Shown in pieces: positions 1-22,415 of a stretch of DNA of 64,000 nucleotides (positions are counted from its first letter, which is position 1; each line of letters begins with the position of its first letter). The notes under the pieces are model-generated. The model was given only the letters and a program-made list of their open reading frames with translations. It was not told where the DNA came from and did no database searches. Source of the stretch: Chrysomallon squamiferum (Eukaryota; Animalia; Mollusca); NCBI GenBank assembly GCA_012295275.1, contig CM022676.1, forward strand, positions 7,564,001 through 7,628,000, in the 5' to 3' direction. The position numbers were made by a program, and so were the translations under genes.

Positions 1-1907
1 AGTTGAAAATCCGTGTGGCACTGTTCCGTTTGGTCGGGAAAAATATTTCGACGTGTGCAAAACGTGCGCGCCGTCGGGGCGAGTGTGGCAAAAACGTTTC
101 CAACATTTACCAAAGGTGCTGCACCTTTGAAAATGCGTTTGAAAAAAAAAATCGAGCAAATTTTCAAAAACATGTGCGTTTTTTGTGCACGTGTCGGAAA
201 CGAGTTGTTTCCCCCCTTGGGTGGGGCGTGCGGCACTTTTGACCCGTGTCGGGCAACCCTTGCCCCACTTTTGGGTATGTGCGCCCGATTTTTCCCACGT
301 GCTCGGAAAAAGTTATTGCACTTTGAAAAGGTACCCCTAGCATTTTCAACGAAACTTGAAAAATTTCGATTTTCAAAAGTTGAAAATCCGTGTGGCACTG
401 TTCCGTTTGGTCGGGAAAAATATTTCGACGTGTGCAAAACGTGCGCGCCGTCGGGGCGAGTGTGGCAAAAACGTTTCCAACATTTACCAAAGGTGCTGCA
501 CCTTTTGAAAATGCGTTTGAAAAAAATCGAGCAAATTTTCAAAAACATGTGCGTTTTTTGTGCACGTGTCGGAAACGAGTTGTTCCCCTTGGGTGGGGCG
601 TGCGGCACTTTTGACCCGTGTCGGGCAACCCTTGCCCCTTTTTTTTGGGTATGTGCGCCCGATTTTTCCCACGTCCTCGGAAAAAGTTATTGCACTTTGA
701 AAAAGGTACCCCTAGCATTTTCAACGAAACTTGAAAAATTTCGATTTTCAAAAGTTGAAAATCCGTGTGGCACTGTTCCGTTTGGTCGGGAAAAATATTT
801 CGACGTGTGCAAAACGTGCGCGCCGTCGGGGCGAGTGTGGCAAAAACGTTTCCAACATTTACCAAAGGTGCTGCACCTTTTGAAAATGCGTTTGAAAAAA
901 ATCGAGCAAATTTTCAAAAACATGTGCGTTTTTTGTGCACGTGTCGGAAACGAGTTGTTCCCCTTGGGTGGGGCGTGCGGCACTTTTGACCCGTGTCGGG
1001 CAACCCTTGCCCCACTTTTGGGTATGTGCGCCCGATTTTTCCCACGTGCTCGGAAAAAGTTATTGCACTTTGAAAAAGGTACCCCTAGCATTTTCAACGA
1101 AACTTGAAAAATTTCGATTTTCAAAAGTTGAAAATCCGTGTGGCACTGTTCCGTTTGGTCGGGAAAAATATTTCGACGTGTGCAAAACGTGCGCGCCGTC
1201 GGGGCGAGTGTGGCAAAAACGTTTCCAACATTTACCAAAGGTGCTGCACCTTTTGAAAATGCGTTTGAAAAAAATCGAGCAAATTTTCAAAAACATGTGC
1301 GTTTTTTGTGCACGTGTCGGAAACGAGTTGTTCCCCTTGGGTGGGGCGTGCGGCACTTTTGACCCGTGTCGGGCAACCCTTGCCCCACTTTTGGGTATGT
1401 GCGTCCGATTTTTCCCACGTCCTCGGAAAAAGTTATTGCACTTTGAAAAAGGTACCCCTAGCATTTTCAACGAAACTTGAAAAATTGAAATTTTCAAAAG
1501 TTGAAAATCCGTGTGGCACTGTTCCGTTTGGTCGTGAAAAATATTTCGACGTGTGCAAAACGTGCGCGCCGTCGGGGCGAGTGTGGCAAAAACGTTTCCA
1601 ACATTTACCAAAGGTGCTGCACCTTTTGAAAATGCGTTTGAAATAAAATCGAGCAAATTTTCAAAAACATGTGCGTTTTTTGTGCACGTGTCGGAAACGA
1701 GTTGTTCCCCTTGGGTGGGGCGTGCGGCACTTTTGACCCGTGTCGGGCAACCCTTGCCCCACTTTTGGGTATGTGCGCCCGATTTTTCCCACGTGCTCGG
1801 AAAAAGTTATTGCACTTTGAAAAAGGTACCCCTAGCATTTTCAACGAAACTTGAAAAATTTCGATTTTCAAAAGTTGAAAATCCGTGTGGCACTGTTCCG
1901 TTTGGTC
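1..1907. repeat. Tandem satellite DNA, ~373-377 bp unit, about 5 copies, array continues beyond the window start
   Basis: The motif gttgaaaatccgtgtggcactg recurs at 2, 379, 754, 1127, 1500 and 1874. Copies differ mainly in homopolymer lengths and are more GC-rich than the rest of the window. The array ends abruptly at ~1907. Confidence 0.97.
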
Positions 1908-3189
1908 ATTTCAAACGTCTAAGTCATTTCAAACAATTAGATATAAAAGTAGCAAACTGATAGATCATTTTATTTTTATCTTATGGATTGTTTCTTTCTG
2001 TTTAGCTAATATCATCACATTGAATTCTTTAGCCTTTATCTTTGTTTCCTTTCCGCTGTATGCTATATTAAAATATGTAAGAAAAGCATACTTAAGCATT
2101 TTTTTTTTTCATTTTTCTTTTTTAACCTTACTATCTCCTATTCCTAAATAAAGATATTTTAGGAGTGACGTCATCGAGATACATTACGTCATCACAAACG
2201 AGAGGAAGAAAACCTCCTTGTTCTTATCACACACTTTATTAAAGATAGTACGAGCTGGCTTTCTTACGCAAGGTTTGGATTATTCAAGATGTTCGTAGGC
2301 TTCTTTTCACGTTTGGACTCCTTTCCACGACATCAGGTGAGCAATAAACCAAGACATTGAATTATAATTATTCACATTAATCCAACATTTCCAAGTTTCA
2401 TCATCTACTAGGTTTTAACAAAATATTCTCTTATTTTCTTACTGTTGGTTCTTTATGGGTTTGTTTTTCTCAAGAATGTATACAATTTGAAACAATGAGC
2501 TGTACACACTGGAAAATCTTTCATTGCTTTTCAGTGTCAATGACAGGTTCAAGTTATGTTTTATTTTATTGCATTTATTTATTTATTGATGTTTTATTAC
2601 ATAACTTTACGTCGTTTTTTATGTTACCTTACGTTACGTTATTTTACGCTACGCTATGTTATGTTATGTTATATTATGTTATGTTAGTGTTTCATATTTG
2701 TTTCAAGAGTTCTGCTGACACAGTCATACGTTTCATTTTACATTAGTGATCGAAACATAACGATGACTCTACCCTGATTTCACAGTTGCTAAATGAGATT
2801 AACTCAGATACAGATAAATAGTCTGAATATAAATTACATATCTTGTATGTATAATACACAACACAGTAACACGAATACACATAATAACTTATTATTATTT
2901 TATTATTATTATTCTTTTAGTTATACTTTATTACATAATTTTACGTTGTATTGCATTATGCTACACTGCGTTACGTTACGCTGTGTTATAGACGGTCATC
3001 TTATTTGAGGTTTTGTGAGGTTATGTTATGTTATGTTATTCTATGTTAGGATGTATTATTGTCTGATGTTTTAATACAGCTGTTTCAAAATATGAAATGA
3101 CATAATTACTCCATCTAGATTTCACAGTTCACAACAGAAACGAGATTAACTCAAACACACACAGACAAAAAGCAATATAAAATACATAC

Positions 3190-3247
3190 TTTGTACGTAG
3201 AATACACATCCCCGTAACATGAACGCACAGAATATCTTACAGCTCAT
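3190..3247 (-). pseudogene. Orphan signal-peptide exon of the Ig receptor family
   Basis: 58-bp ATG..GT-donor exon encoding MSCKIFCAFMLRGCVFYVQ, homologous to exon 1 of genes A-D. No V exon follows before the satellite. Confidence 0.7.
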
Positions 3248-4125
3248 GTCCAGTATTTTAATTTTAACTGTCGTTAATCAAAATATATTTTTATTTTTTA
3301 TATATTTTCTTCACTACATCTTTGTTTACCCTCCTGTTAATATAAGTATAATTTTCAACGTCTTCTGTTTTACTTTATTTTTGCTAACTTATTTATTTTC
3401 TCTTTCAGAAGTAAAATGAAAAGTCGTTTTTTTAATTTTTATTATTAATTATTAGTTGTAAAATAATTTCTAAGTGGTTGAATATATTTGTTCACCACAT
3501 TAGAAGCATCCACTGCATCGAGCAACCTAAATACAGCTCTGAGACATGACATTCAGCGCTGTATTTTTTATAGTTAATTTTGCTCAGGACGTTTTTATTT
3601 TTATTTTTATTTTTATTTGTTTGTTTTTGTTCGTGTTTTTGTTTGTATACCTATGTCGGTCGATACGTATGAAAGTTCTTTACCTTACAGCTATGTGTAT
3701 TTCTGTGTTTGCTTGTGTGTAGATAGGTTTGTAGGTAATATATATGTCTGTATATATACGTGTGTATGTATGCACGTGTGTGTATATATGCATGTATATA
3801 TGTATGCACGTATATATGTTTGTATGTATTTTTATCTAAATACGTTAATTTTTCATGACAAATTTTTGCAGCTACTCTCATAACTCACAAAATGGTAACG
3901 AATGATAGAAATTCGTGATTAACAACTCATTAAAATGCTTATAACTTTTCCCACAGGTAGATATTTACACAGTTCAACTCTCGTGTAATTGTCGCAACTA
4001 AAAATATCTAATCTTTAGATTTTAATAAAATCATTTAACAAATTTAACCTGATTTAACTTTTTACGAAAGTGACTTTCGAAATTTATGACTAACTAATAA
4101 ACTTGTTTTTGTGTTTATCATTCAC

Positions 4126-7100
4126 TTATATCGTTTCATTTACTATCAAACTTGATGAGACGTCATATGGGATTTCATATCCTCTATCTTCTAGAGAAGA
4201 ATATGAATTACTTATATCTTCATGTACAGCTGCTGGTTCAGCCTGATTATCTGAAACATGAAAGGAAATTATGTTTTGGTTTATATAAACACTATTATTG
4301 CATTTATGTATGTGACTTGTAGGTGTGTATATATTGATATACATCTAAGAATTTTTGTATGTGTATACGTACATATATATCTCTGCGTGTATGTGTGTAT
4401 CTGTGTATGTATGTAATATCGAATGAAATTGTTTTCGGATACATATACACACATAAAATCGTGGATATCGAGTTTTCGTTTCTTGTACATCATAACAGTG
4501 AGACAACCTTTTCTAATTTTTCATGAAAGTGTCTAACTGGTTTTCTTCTCTATCATTTATTAATATCAATTCACTCACTATCATGCATTAAGACGTCGTA
4601 TGGGACGTCATTTCCTCTTTCATCTAGAGAAGAATATGTATTCTCTGTATCTTGAAGTACAATCTCTGGCGCAGTCTGAGTATCTAAAACATGGAATGAA
4701 ATTATGTTTTTGTTAACATAAGAATAGATATGCGTAGAGACAACAATAATCGCATTAAAATGTGCCTGTGTCGGTATACTTATATAGAAACATACACACA
4801 CACACACGCTCATATACATTAAGTGTGTGTATGTGTTTGCGTGTGTGTGCGTCTGCGTGTGTCTGTGTGTGTGACAACTTACCAGTGACCGAATCAAGAC
4901 TGTAGTACACCTGCTGATTTGTGCTGATTCTGAAATTTCAAAAGTAAGTAAACCATATTGCATACACATTGATCTAATAATCCGAGGACGAATAAAGGCA
5001 TGCAAATACACATACCTATATATATATATACACCATATACATTCATACATATATGCATACATACATACATTCATACATACTTATGTTACATACATATGTG
5101 CATATGAGATACATATATTAGATACGTATACATGCATATATACACATACGTACACACATTAATGCGTTATACAGAAGGAAAGAAAAGTAGTAAAATATAT
5201 AAATTAATTTACCTTTGTTGGTTCGAGATTGGCTTATTTGTTTCTGTAATAATAATAATAATAGTAATAATAATAATAATAGTAACAACAACAACAACAA
5301 CAATACTAATACTAACAATAATAATAATAATAAGAGTATTATCATCATCATCATGAACGTAGTAGTAGTAGTAGTGACGATGGTGGTGTTCGTGGTGCTG
5401 GTGCTGGTGATAATAGTGACGGTAACAGTACTAAAATAAATGATGTTCAGTTTTACACTCTCTATTCAGATCATGCTACCTAACAACTGACACCATTATT
5501 TGGGAGTAGTACCGGTCATGTAGTATTTTTAGTATGATGCTTCTCCAAATTTAAATCTACCATCAAACGTTCTTGTGTTTAGACATCATTTCTTTCCTCA
5601 GCCATTAGATGAACAGGTGACTGAAATACATAGGTTTTAGCGAAAATAGGTTTCATGTCTCTGCTTAAGGTAACTGTGTAAATTAGACTGATTTATCTCC
5701 CCTTTACTCTATAGGTAAGTGTAATTCAAACACATAACAAAACAAATAAACGAACACCGAAACAGATAAAGAAATATGCATACATATAAAGAAACAAACT
5801 AATGAATGAAAGAATGAACGAACGAACAAATGCATCAATGAATAAATAAAGAATATAAAATAAGATAAATTAAATTAAAATTAAACAAATAAAGCAACAA
5901 ATAAATTAATAAATAGATAAACAAACAAATAAACAACTAACCAACTAAATCAATAAATAAATAAATAAATAAGTAACACATAAATCATTACTTCTTTTGT
6001 ATCGTAAGTAGATAATAACGACAATGATAATGATTACAGACAGAAGAAAGAACGTTCCAAAACCGATGGCAAATCCTTTTCCAAACTGACTGCTGTCTTC
6101 AACAGCGCCTGAAAATTGATTAATAAAAATAACATTAAATTAATATATTATTTATATTTCTATTTGGTATTGTTAATATATCTTCAGAGAGTAGATAATT
6201 ATGTATTTGCTATTGTTAAGGTATCTTTTAGTTAAGGTATTTCACACTTTTTTATACTTCAACCATTCTGATTTTACACATCTCTTTTCTTTTCTACGAT
6301 TCTCTCTGTATCTGTTACTCTATCTATGTCCATCTGTTTCAGTGCATGATTTTTCAAAAATTCTTTACATCACAAATCCGTCAATCCATCCATCCACAAA
6401 CTCACTGTCTAGATATTTGTAAATAAATAATTTCGCATGTAAGAACGTTTGTGTGTGTATATATATATATATAGAAGCCTGTATGTATATATATATATAT
6501 ATGTATATGTATCTATGCATGTGTATACGTATGCATATATATGTACACATACGTTCTTACATACATGACTATATATTTACAGATATCTAGACAGAGTTTA
6601 TACACACACCCGCATACACACACACACATAGAAATATACACAGAAAGAAAAAACAATAACACACATTCCTAAACACGTACATACATACACAGACTTATTC
6701 ATACGCATAAACACATATACTGAAACATATATTGAGAAATACAAATAAAATTACTATTAATTTAAAATAAAATTAATTAAAACTTACTTTCAACATTAAT
6801 AATAATTCGTTTATGTGCTGTTTTGTTCGTATCCGGATTAATAGCAGTGCATGTGTAGACGCCATCATGACGTCTCGTGATACTAGTCAGTGCCAGTAGT
6901 CCGTTGTTACTGACAATCTGATTGGTCAGTTCCCATCTGTAAAGACATTTGATAAAACAATCGGCTTTGCATGATATTCTGACGTCACTTCCTTCCTCTA
7001 CTGTGATGTTAGATGAAGAATTGACTCGAAGTGAGCTACCGGGACCGTCTGTGAAAAAAAAAAAATAAAATAAAATAAGAAATATACATAAATAAAAAAG

Positions 7101-10100
7101 TAAATAAAAAATAAATCAAAGCTAAAAAGTTACATACATCCTTGATATCTCCTCATAATCATCAAAATCATTGTGATCCCTGTTCATACCGTTGTTGTTG
7201 TCGTCGTTATCATTATTAGTAGTAGTAGTATGAAGATAATGGTGATACTATAAATACTAATTAATTAAATTCAACTAAATTGAATTAAGATACCTCTAAC
7301 TTTCAAAACGACTCTGTTTCTCGAATATCGGTGATCGATATTTTCACATCGCCAAACATTTCCTTGTTGATTTATGTTGACAGATGTTAAACTGACTAAA
7401 AACTTGTCACCTAAACTATGAAAGTCTAATTTCCAATAAAACGTGACATAACATCAAAATTCAACAAGTCAAAGGTGAGGTCATTATCAAACCCCGTGAC
7501 GCGATCTGAATATTGGAAAATCTGACATGTGAACGTAAAAGAAAGACCGCTGATAGCGTATGGCGCGGACCCTTGAAGTTTTGGCGGTCCTGAACGTAAA
7601 CTGTAAACAAAAAAGCGCGAACATGTCCACACACTCATGTGCACCCCCGCACCCAAACACACATACAGGCATAACTGGATCTCTGATATTTTAAACAAAC
7701 ACCTCTAACAAATATTAAGTTGGCTGTTTATTTTATGACTTTTTGTTTCTACTATAATTAATTTCTTACTTACGAAGTACATTCAAATGAAGTGTTTGAT
7801 TGGTAGTTTGGTTCGTATCTGGATTTTCAGCCGTACACACATAGAGACCTGATTTTGTTCTGTCAATATTAGCCAATGACAGAATGCTCGTGTTACTTAT
7901 GACGTCATCTGCGAGTTTCCACTGATAATTGCACGTGATGAAACATGTCGACGAACAAGACGCAGTGACGTCACTTCCTTCCACAGCAGTCACGACAGAC
8001 GAATTATTCAGCTTAAGTGATGTTCCAGGACCATCTGAAAAATAAGTTATCAACTCCATCATCATAATCGCCAGCATAATCATCATTGTCGTCATGTTTT
8101 TTTTTTTTTTTTTTCTGACTGATAGTAGCAATTATGGATGTTGTCGTTGTAACTGTTGTGAAGATGAAGTATTTGAGTTGTTGATGCTCGTATCATAATT
8201 ACTATAACTGTCAGTACTATTTATTTATTAATTTTGTTAATATTTTTTGCTGATTTAAAATAATGTTAATAAGAATAAAATAAATTTAAAATATTCTATA
8301 TCTAGATATGAACATACGTATCATCTAAAAAATATATCTTCATATACGTAAGTTAGTGTTTATGTACGTACCTGTTTAAGCGTATAATTAGGCTGGACAT
8401 TCTTTCATGTAAGAATAAAAATTTACTTAAATGTTAAAATACATTAATAATATCACCTGTAATTATAATCTATAAAAATAAAGGTTTTTGACCTCTGATT
8501 TCACGTATTATTGTCTTTTGTTGAGATGTATTGTTTACTTATCAGCAACAGTACATATTTCTTAAAATGATAATTATAGACACAAAACTGAAAAAAACAA
8601 TTGAGTAACAGATTTTAATTCTAATTAAAAGTATATATTTCCTAGAACGATAATTATAAACATAAAACTTATAATATATCTGACTTCCAGAATTGTTTTG
8701 TTTTATTCAGTCTATCACTTAGTTATCATTAAGAGTTCATATTTTTACTTCTCACTTTCAATTTTATTTCGTTGCTCTTTTTGACAACATCTAATAGGCA
8801 CAACAATAATATTAATAATAAATAAGTTAATTTTACCTCTCACTTCAAGTTTTATTTCATTGCTGTGTCCTCCATCATCTCCATATCTCCACACAGTTCC
8901 TTGTTGACTGAGTTTGACAGATTTTATTATAAGGATGTTTATATCATCTGAACAGAAAAACATGTATTCTTTTGGATGTTCACCATAAAATTCACAATGA
9001 CCGTATTTTCCCTGTACTTTCATCCTGTATTCTGTATTAATCACAAACCATGTAATTATAGGAGAACCATTTCCTCGACAGGTAAAAGTAAAAGGTGATC
9101 CAACAACTGCATATCTGTCTGATGTTTTTAATTTATAATGCTGACCTTAAATTAGAAATAAAATAAAATAGTAAAAAAATAAATGAAAATAAATAAAATA
9201 AATAAACAAATTAAATTAAATTAAATTAATACTTTTTTGTTTTTATCTGTTTTTATAATTACTTTTTTGCTAGGCTATATGCTACATTTAACTGCTTTTA
9301 GCAGATATATTTAAAGAGTTTAGCTGACAGTTATAAATTTAATGTTCCATTAGTCATCCATATTAACTTTACAGTTACTAATATAAAATACATAAATTGT
9401 ACATACAATACTCATCCCAGTAACACAAACACACAGAATATATTCCAAATCATTACTTTTCACTTCCTTTAGTAATAACACAGTTTTAAATTTAGTATGT
9501 TTTCTTCACTACTTTCTTGGTTTTCCTCCTGTTAATATTATTTGTAATATTCTCTGGGTGGTTGAATATATTTTTCATTATACTAGATGCAGTCGACTGC
9601 ATCGAGCTACCTAAATACAGCTCAGAGACATGACATACAGCGTTGTATTTCTTAGGTTAATTTTGGTCAGAACGTTGTTGTTGGTTTTTTGTTGTTGTTG
9701 CTGGGTGGGTTCTTTTGGTGTTTTTTTTTTTTTATACATTTGTGTGTTTGTTCTTATGAAAGTATTTTGATTTCTAGGTGTGTTTGCATTTATGTATGTA
9801 TGTAGATATAAACGTATGTAAGTAGCTAAGTTTGTAGGTATGTGTATTAGCTTTATGTGTGTATGTTAGTATATAGGCATATATGTAATTAGTTATGTAT
9901 TTGGGTAGAGAGGTAGTTAGGTATATGTGTATTGGTGTTTGTATGTATTTGTATGTGTTTCTGTCTGTATATCTGACTATGTATCTGAGAGTTTGTGTAT
10001 GTGTGCGTAATTTTCACTGTGTATTTATAATAATCAGAAATGTTCTCAAGTGACAACTTCAGAATAAGCTTCTTGTTGCGATGCATAGTATAGCATTGTC

Positions 10101-10985
10101 TAGTACATTTTATTACAGTTAAATTTAGTATAATACAGAATAATAATGTAGAAACACAGTATAATTTAATATGGTAGTCACTTTATAACTGCATAATAAT
10201 TATAATGAAATCAGTTCCACTCTTTATGTAACATTATATTATTTTACAGTGAAATAGAGTACTTAACACTAAATTAAATTACACTACATTACGTCATATA
10301 ATATCATACTGTATTATATTATATTTTAATAGATTACTTTATATTATCTTAATTGCTTTTCATTTACATTTAACCTCAGTAACCGTTTGCGTCAAACATT
10401 TAAAAAAGAAAAAGAAAGAAACTTCTCATCTTTAGTACAGAGAGAAATTATATAGAGAAAGCCTACATCTAAGCTGGTTAGGAAACAAATATAAAAATTA
10501 ACTGCCAGTAAGAAAGGAAGTGTTATTAAATCAATGAACTCACTGCATTACTGTGTTATCAATGTAACCACCAATTCACTGTATTCACGTGTACTGCGTT
10601 CTCAACGTAATCATCAATTCACTGTATTAACGTGTACTGCGTTCTCAACGTAATCATCAATTCACTGTATTCACGTGTACTGCGTTCTCAACGTAATCAT
10701 CAATTCACTGTATTAACGTGTACTGTGTTATCAATGTAACCATTAATTCACTGTATTAACGTGTACTGCGTTCTCAACGTAATCATCAATTCACTGTATT
10801 AACGTGTACTGCGTTCTCAACGTAATCATCAATTCACTGTATTAACGTGTTGTGGGTACAGTATCTGCCAGTTCTTACACAGTCTCACATTTACTAAATG
10901 AAAATAATCTAAATATAAAGTACATACCTTGTACGTACAATACACATCCCAGTAAGACGAACAGACAGAATAACTTATAACCCAT
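4126..10985 (-). CDS. Ig-superfamily type I receptor A (SP, IgV-like, 2 Ig C2/I, TM, ITAM tail), ~437 aa
   Basis: Manually spliced GT-AG exons, all in frame: 10985-10928 (MGYKLFCLFVLLGCVLYVQG), 9145-8837 (V-like), 8034-7774 (Ig), 7048-6788 (Ig), 6108-5992 (TM GFAIGFGTFFLLSVIIIIVVIIYL-RYKR), 5243-5213, 4929-4883, 4683-4579 (ENTYSSLDERGNDVPYDVL), 4250-4126 (stop). Total 1314 nt with no internal stops. Confidence 0.88.
7294..7589 (-). pseudogene. Decayed second V-like Ig pseudo-exon in the intron between the two C2 exons of gene A
   Basis: Acceptor followed by GPPKLQGSAPYAISGLSFTFTCQ, and a 3' end homologous to QQGTVWRC...LKVRG with a GT donor. Contains in-frame stops and frameshifts. Confidence 0.75.
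10530..10850. repeat. 43-bp minisatellite in intron 1 of gene A (~7 copies)
   Basis: Unit aattcactgtattaacgtgtactgcgttctcaacgtaatcatc, starting at 10573, 10616 and onward. Confidence 0.93.
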
Positions 10986-11586
10986 TTCCAGTTTTCACTG
11001 AGTTAATAACATATAGTTTCTTAGCTCTTTTTATCTAAATTCTTTCCTTATTTCAGTTTCCCGTTACAATGTTTATTTTGAACAAGAAACCTGAGATTCC
11101 TATCATAAAATCACCGATTCGGAAATCTTCGAACCTAAACAGTCACGCAACTGTCAGCTGCCTGACGCTTTTCAGCGCGAGGAAAACTATTTTAGACCAG
11201 GTGAGGTCATCGTGTACAACTACGTCATTTGGACCCCGGATTTCCTTCCTTGCTTGTATTCGAATGTTCAAGACATTTAGTCACATTAGGTTTAAAAATA
11301 GGAATATTTGCTGCTTGATTAATGAAAATAATATGGCGGCAGAGACAGTTAATTTTATCAAGTGTGCTTGTATATTAAATCTATGTAAGTGCGCATCCAT
11401 TTCGAGAATAGAATATGTTAATTCACAGAACAGCATAACGAAAAAAAGAAAGACAGCAGAATGAATAAATAAATGAATGATTAACAGTACTTAATAACAA
11501 AACTGAGTCAAAGAGAAAATTAAGAGATGATTTTTTCTAATTAACTGTAAACTATTAAATCAGTGTTGCTTGTTTCATGAATAATG

Positions 11587-11633
<47 letters not shown>

Positions 11634-11779
11634 TATAATGGTAATAATAATAATTCAGTTCATTTCAATTCAGTTATACTAAACTAAACTAAACTTTTTC
11701 TAGGTTATATGTTACGTTGTATTATTATTATTATTGTTATTATTATTATGTCATGTTATGCTTTAAATGATCGACAATA

Positions 11780-21248
<9,469 letters not shown>

Positions 21249-22363
21249 TTCCAGTATTTTAGTTTTCACTGTGTTAATAACATATAGTTTCTTAGCTTCT
21301 TTTTTTCTAAATTCTTCACTTGTTTTCTTTTTCTTTGTAAAATAACATCTAAAATATGTTAGATCCACTGGAAAAACTTCAGCAGTTCGCTGATACCATG
21401 AAAGCTATTGAGTATCTGTACTAGAGATTCCTGTCGTAAAATGACCGAACAGTCACGCAACTGTCAGCTGGCTAACGCTTTTCAGCGCGAGGAAAACTAT
21501 TTTAGACCGACTCGGAGATCTTCGGACATGTATGAATTGACGTAAATAGTGACGTAAATAGTGACGCAACGGTCAGCTGACAACACGTACCCGCTTTTCC
21601 GCTACCCACGCCATTCGCCGCATTCCTATGGCCGGTGACGTTATCGGGTCTAATGAGACGTACATAAGGAAAAAAGTTACTCGTAATCCCGGGTAAGCAT
21701 GGCTTCCCACGAAACTAGCCGTTCTTTGTCTTGTGTAGTGTTTGCGTGCATCTATTGTTTTGTGTCAAACCCTGCACTGGTATATATGTTTTTTTTTTCA
21801 GATTGAATATTCTTCCACGAAGCACGGCGTTCTTTGTCCTTTGTAATGTTTACGTTTATCTATTGTTATGTGTGAAGCCTGATACTGGCAAATATGCATT
21901 TTATGATTTGAATATTATTTGGCTTATGTACACCTGATTAGAGTGCACATAGACAATACTCTGTCTGTGTTCATTTGTTTCTTTCATTCTTTACATCACT
22001 CTGTCCATCCGTCCGTCCACCCAACTCAGCTCCTAGCTATTTGTAAATATGTAATTATCTATGCAACAACGGATGATTGTATATACAAACATATGTACAT
22101 GAACACACACACACACACACAGACAGACACACACAAGCACACACACACACATAAACCCTATACATAGCGTGGCCGTAAACACTTACGCAGTTGAGGCATG
22201 ACTAATGTAAAATGAATAATTGTGTCAGTTCAGCTCTTGAAAATATATTTACGAAAATATGTAGCAATAAAATAAAATAGCATACATAACATGACAGTCA
22301 TTAACAATTCGTTGCGTAATGTTATTAACATAATGCAATGTGAAATATGTATAAAGAAATAGC

Positions 22364-22415
<52 letters not shown>

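Noticed and set aside
3-1960. Many long overlapping ORFs (up to 364 aa)
   Set aside because: They are translations of a stop-poor satellite. Frames shift between units at homopolymers and there is no protein signature.
1950-2530. Possible retroelement 3' fragment on the minus strand (FNVMILAKQKETIHKIK)
   Set aside because: Too short and degenerate to support without a search.
10530-10850. 43-bp repeats superficially like a CRISPR array
   Set aside because: Head-to-tail units with no unique spacers, no cas genes, and a eukaryotic intron context.
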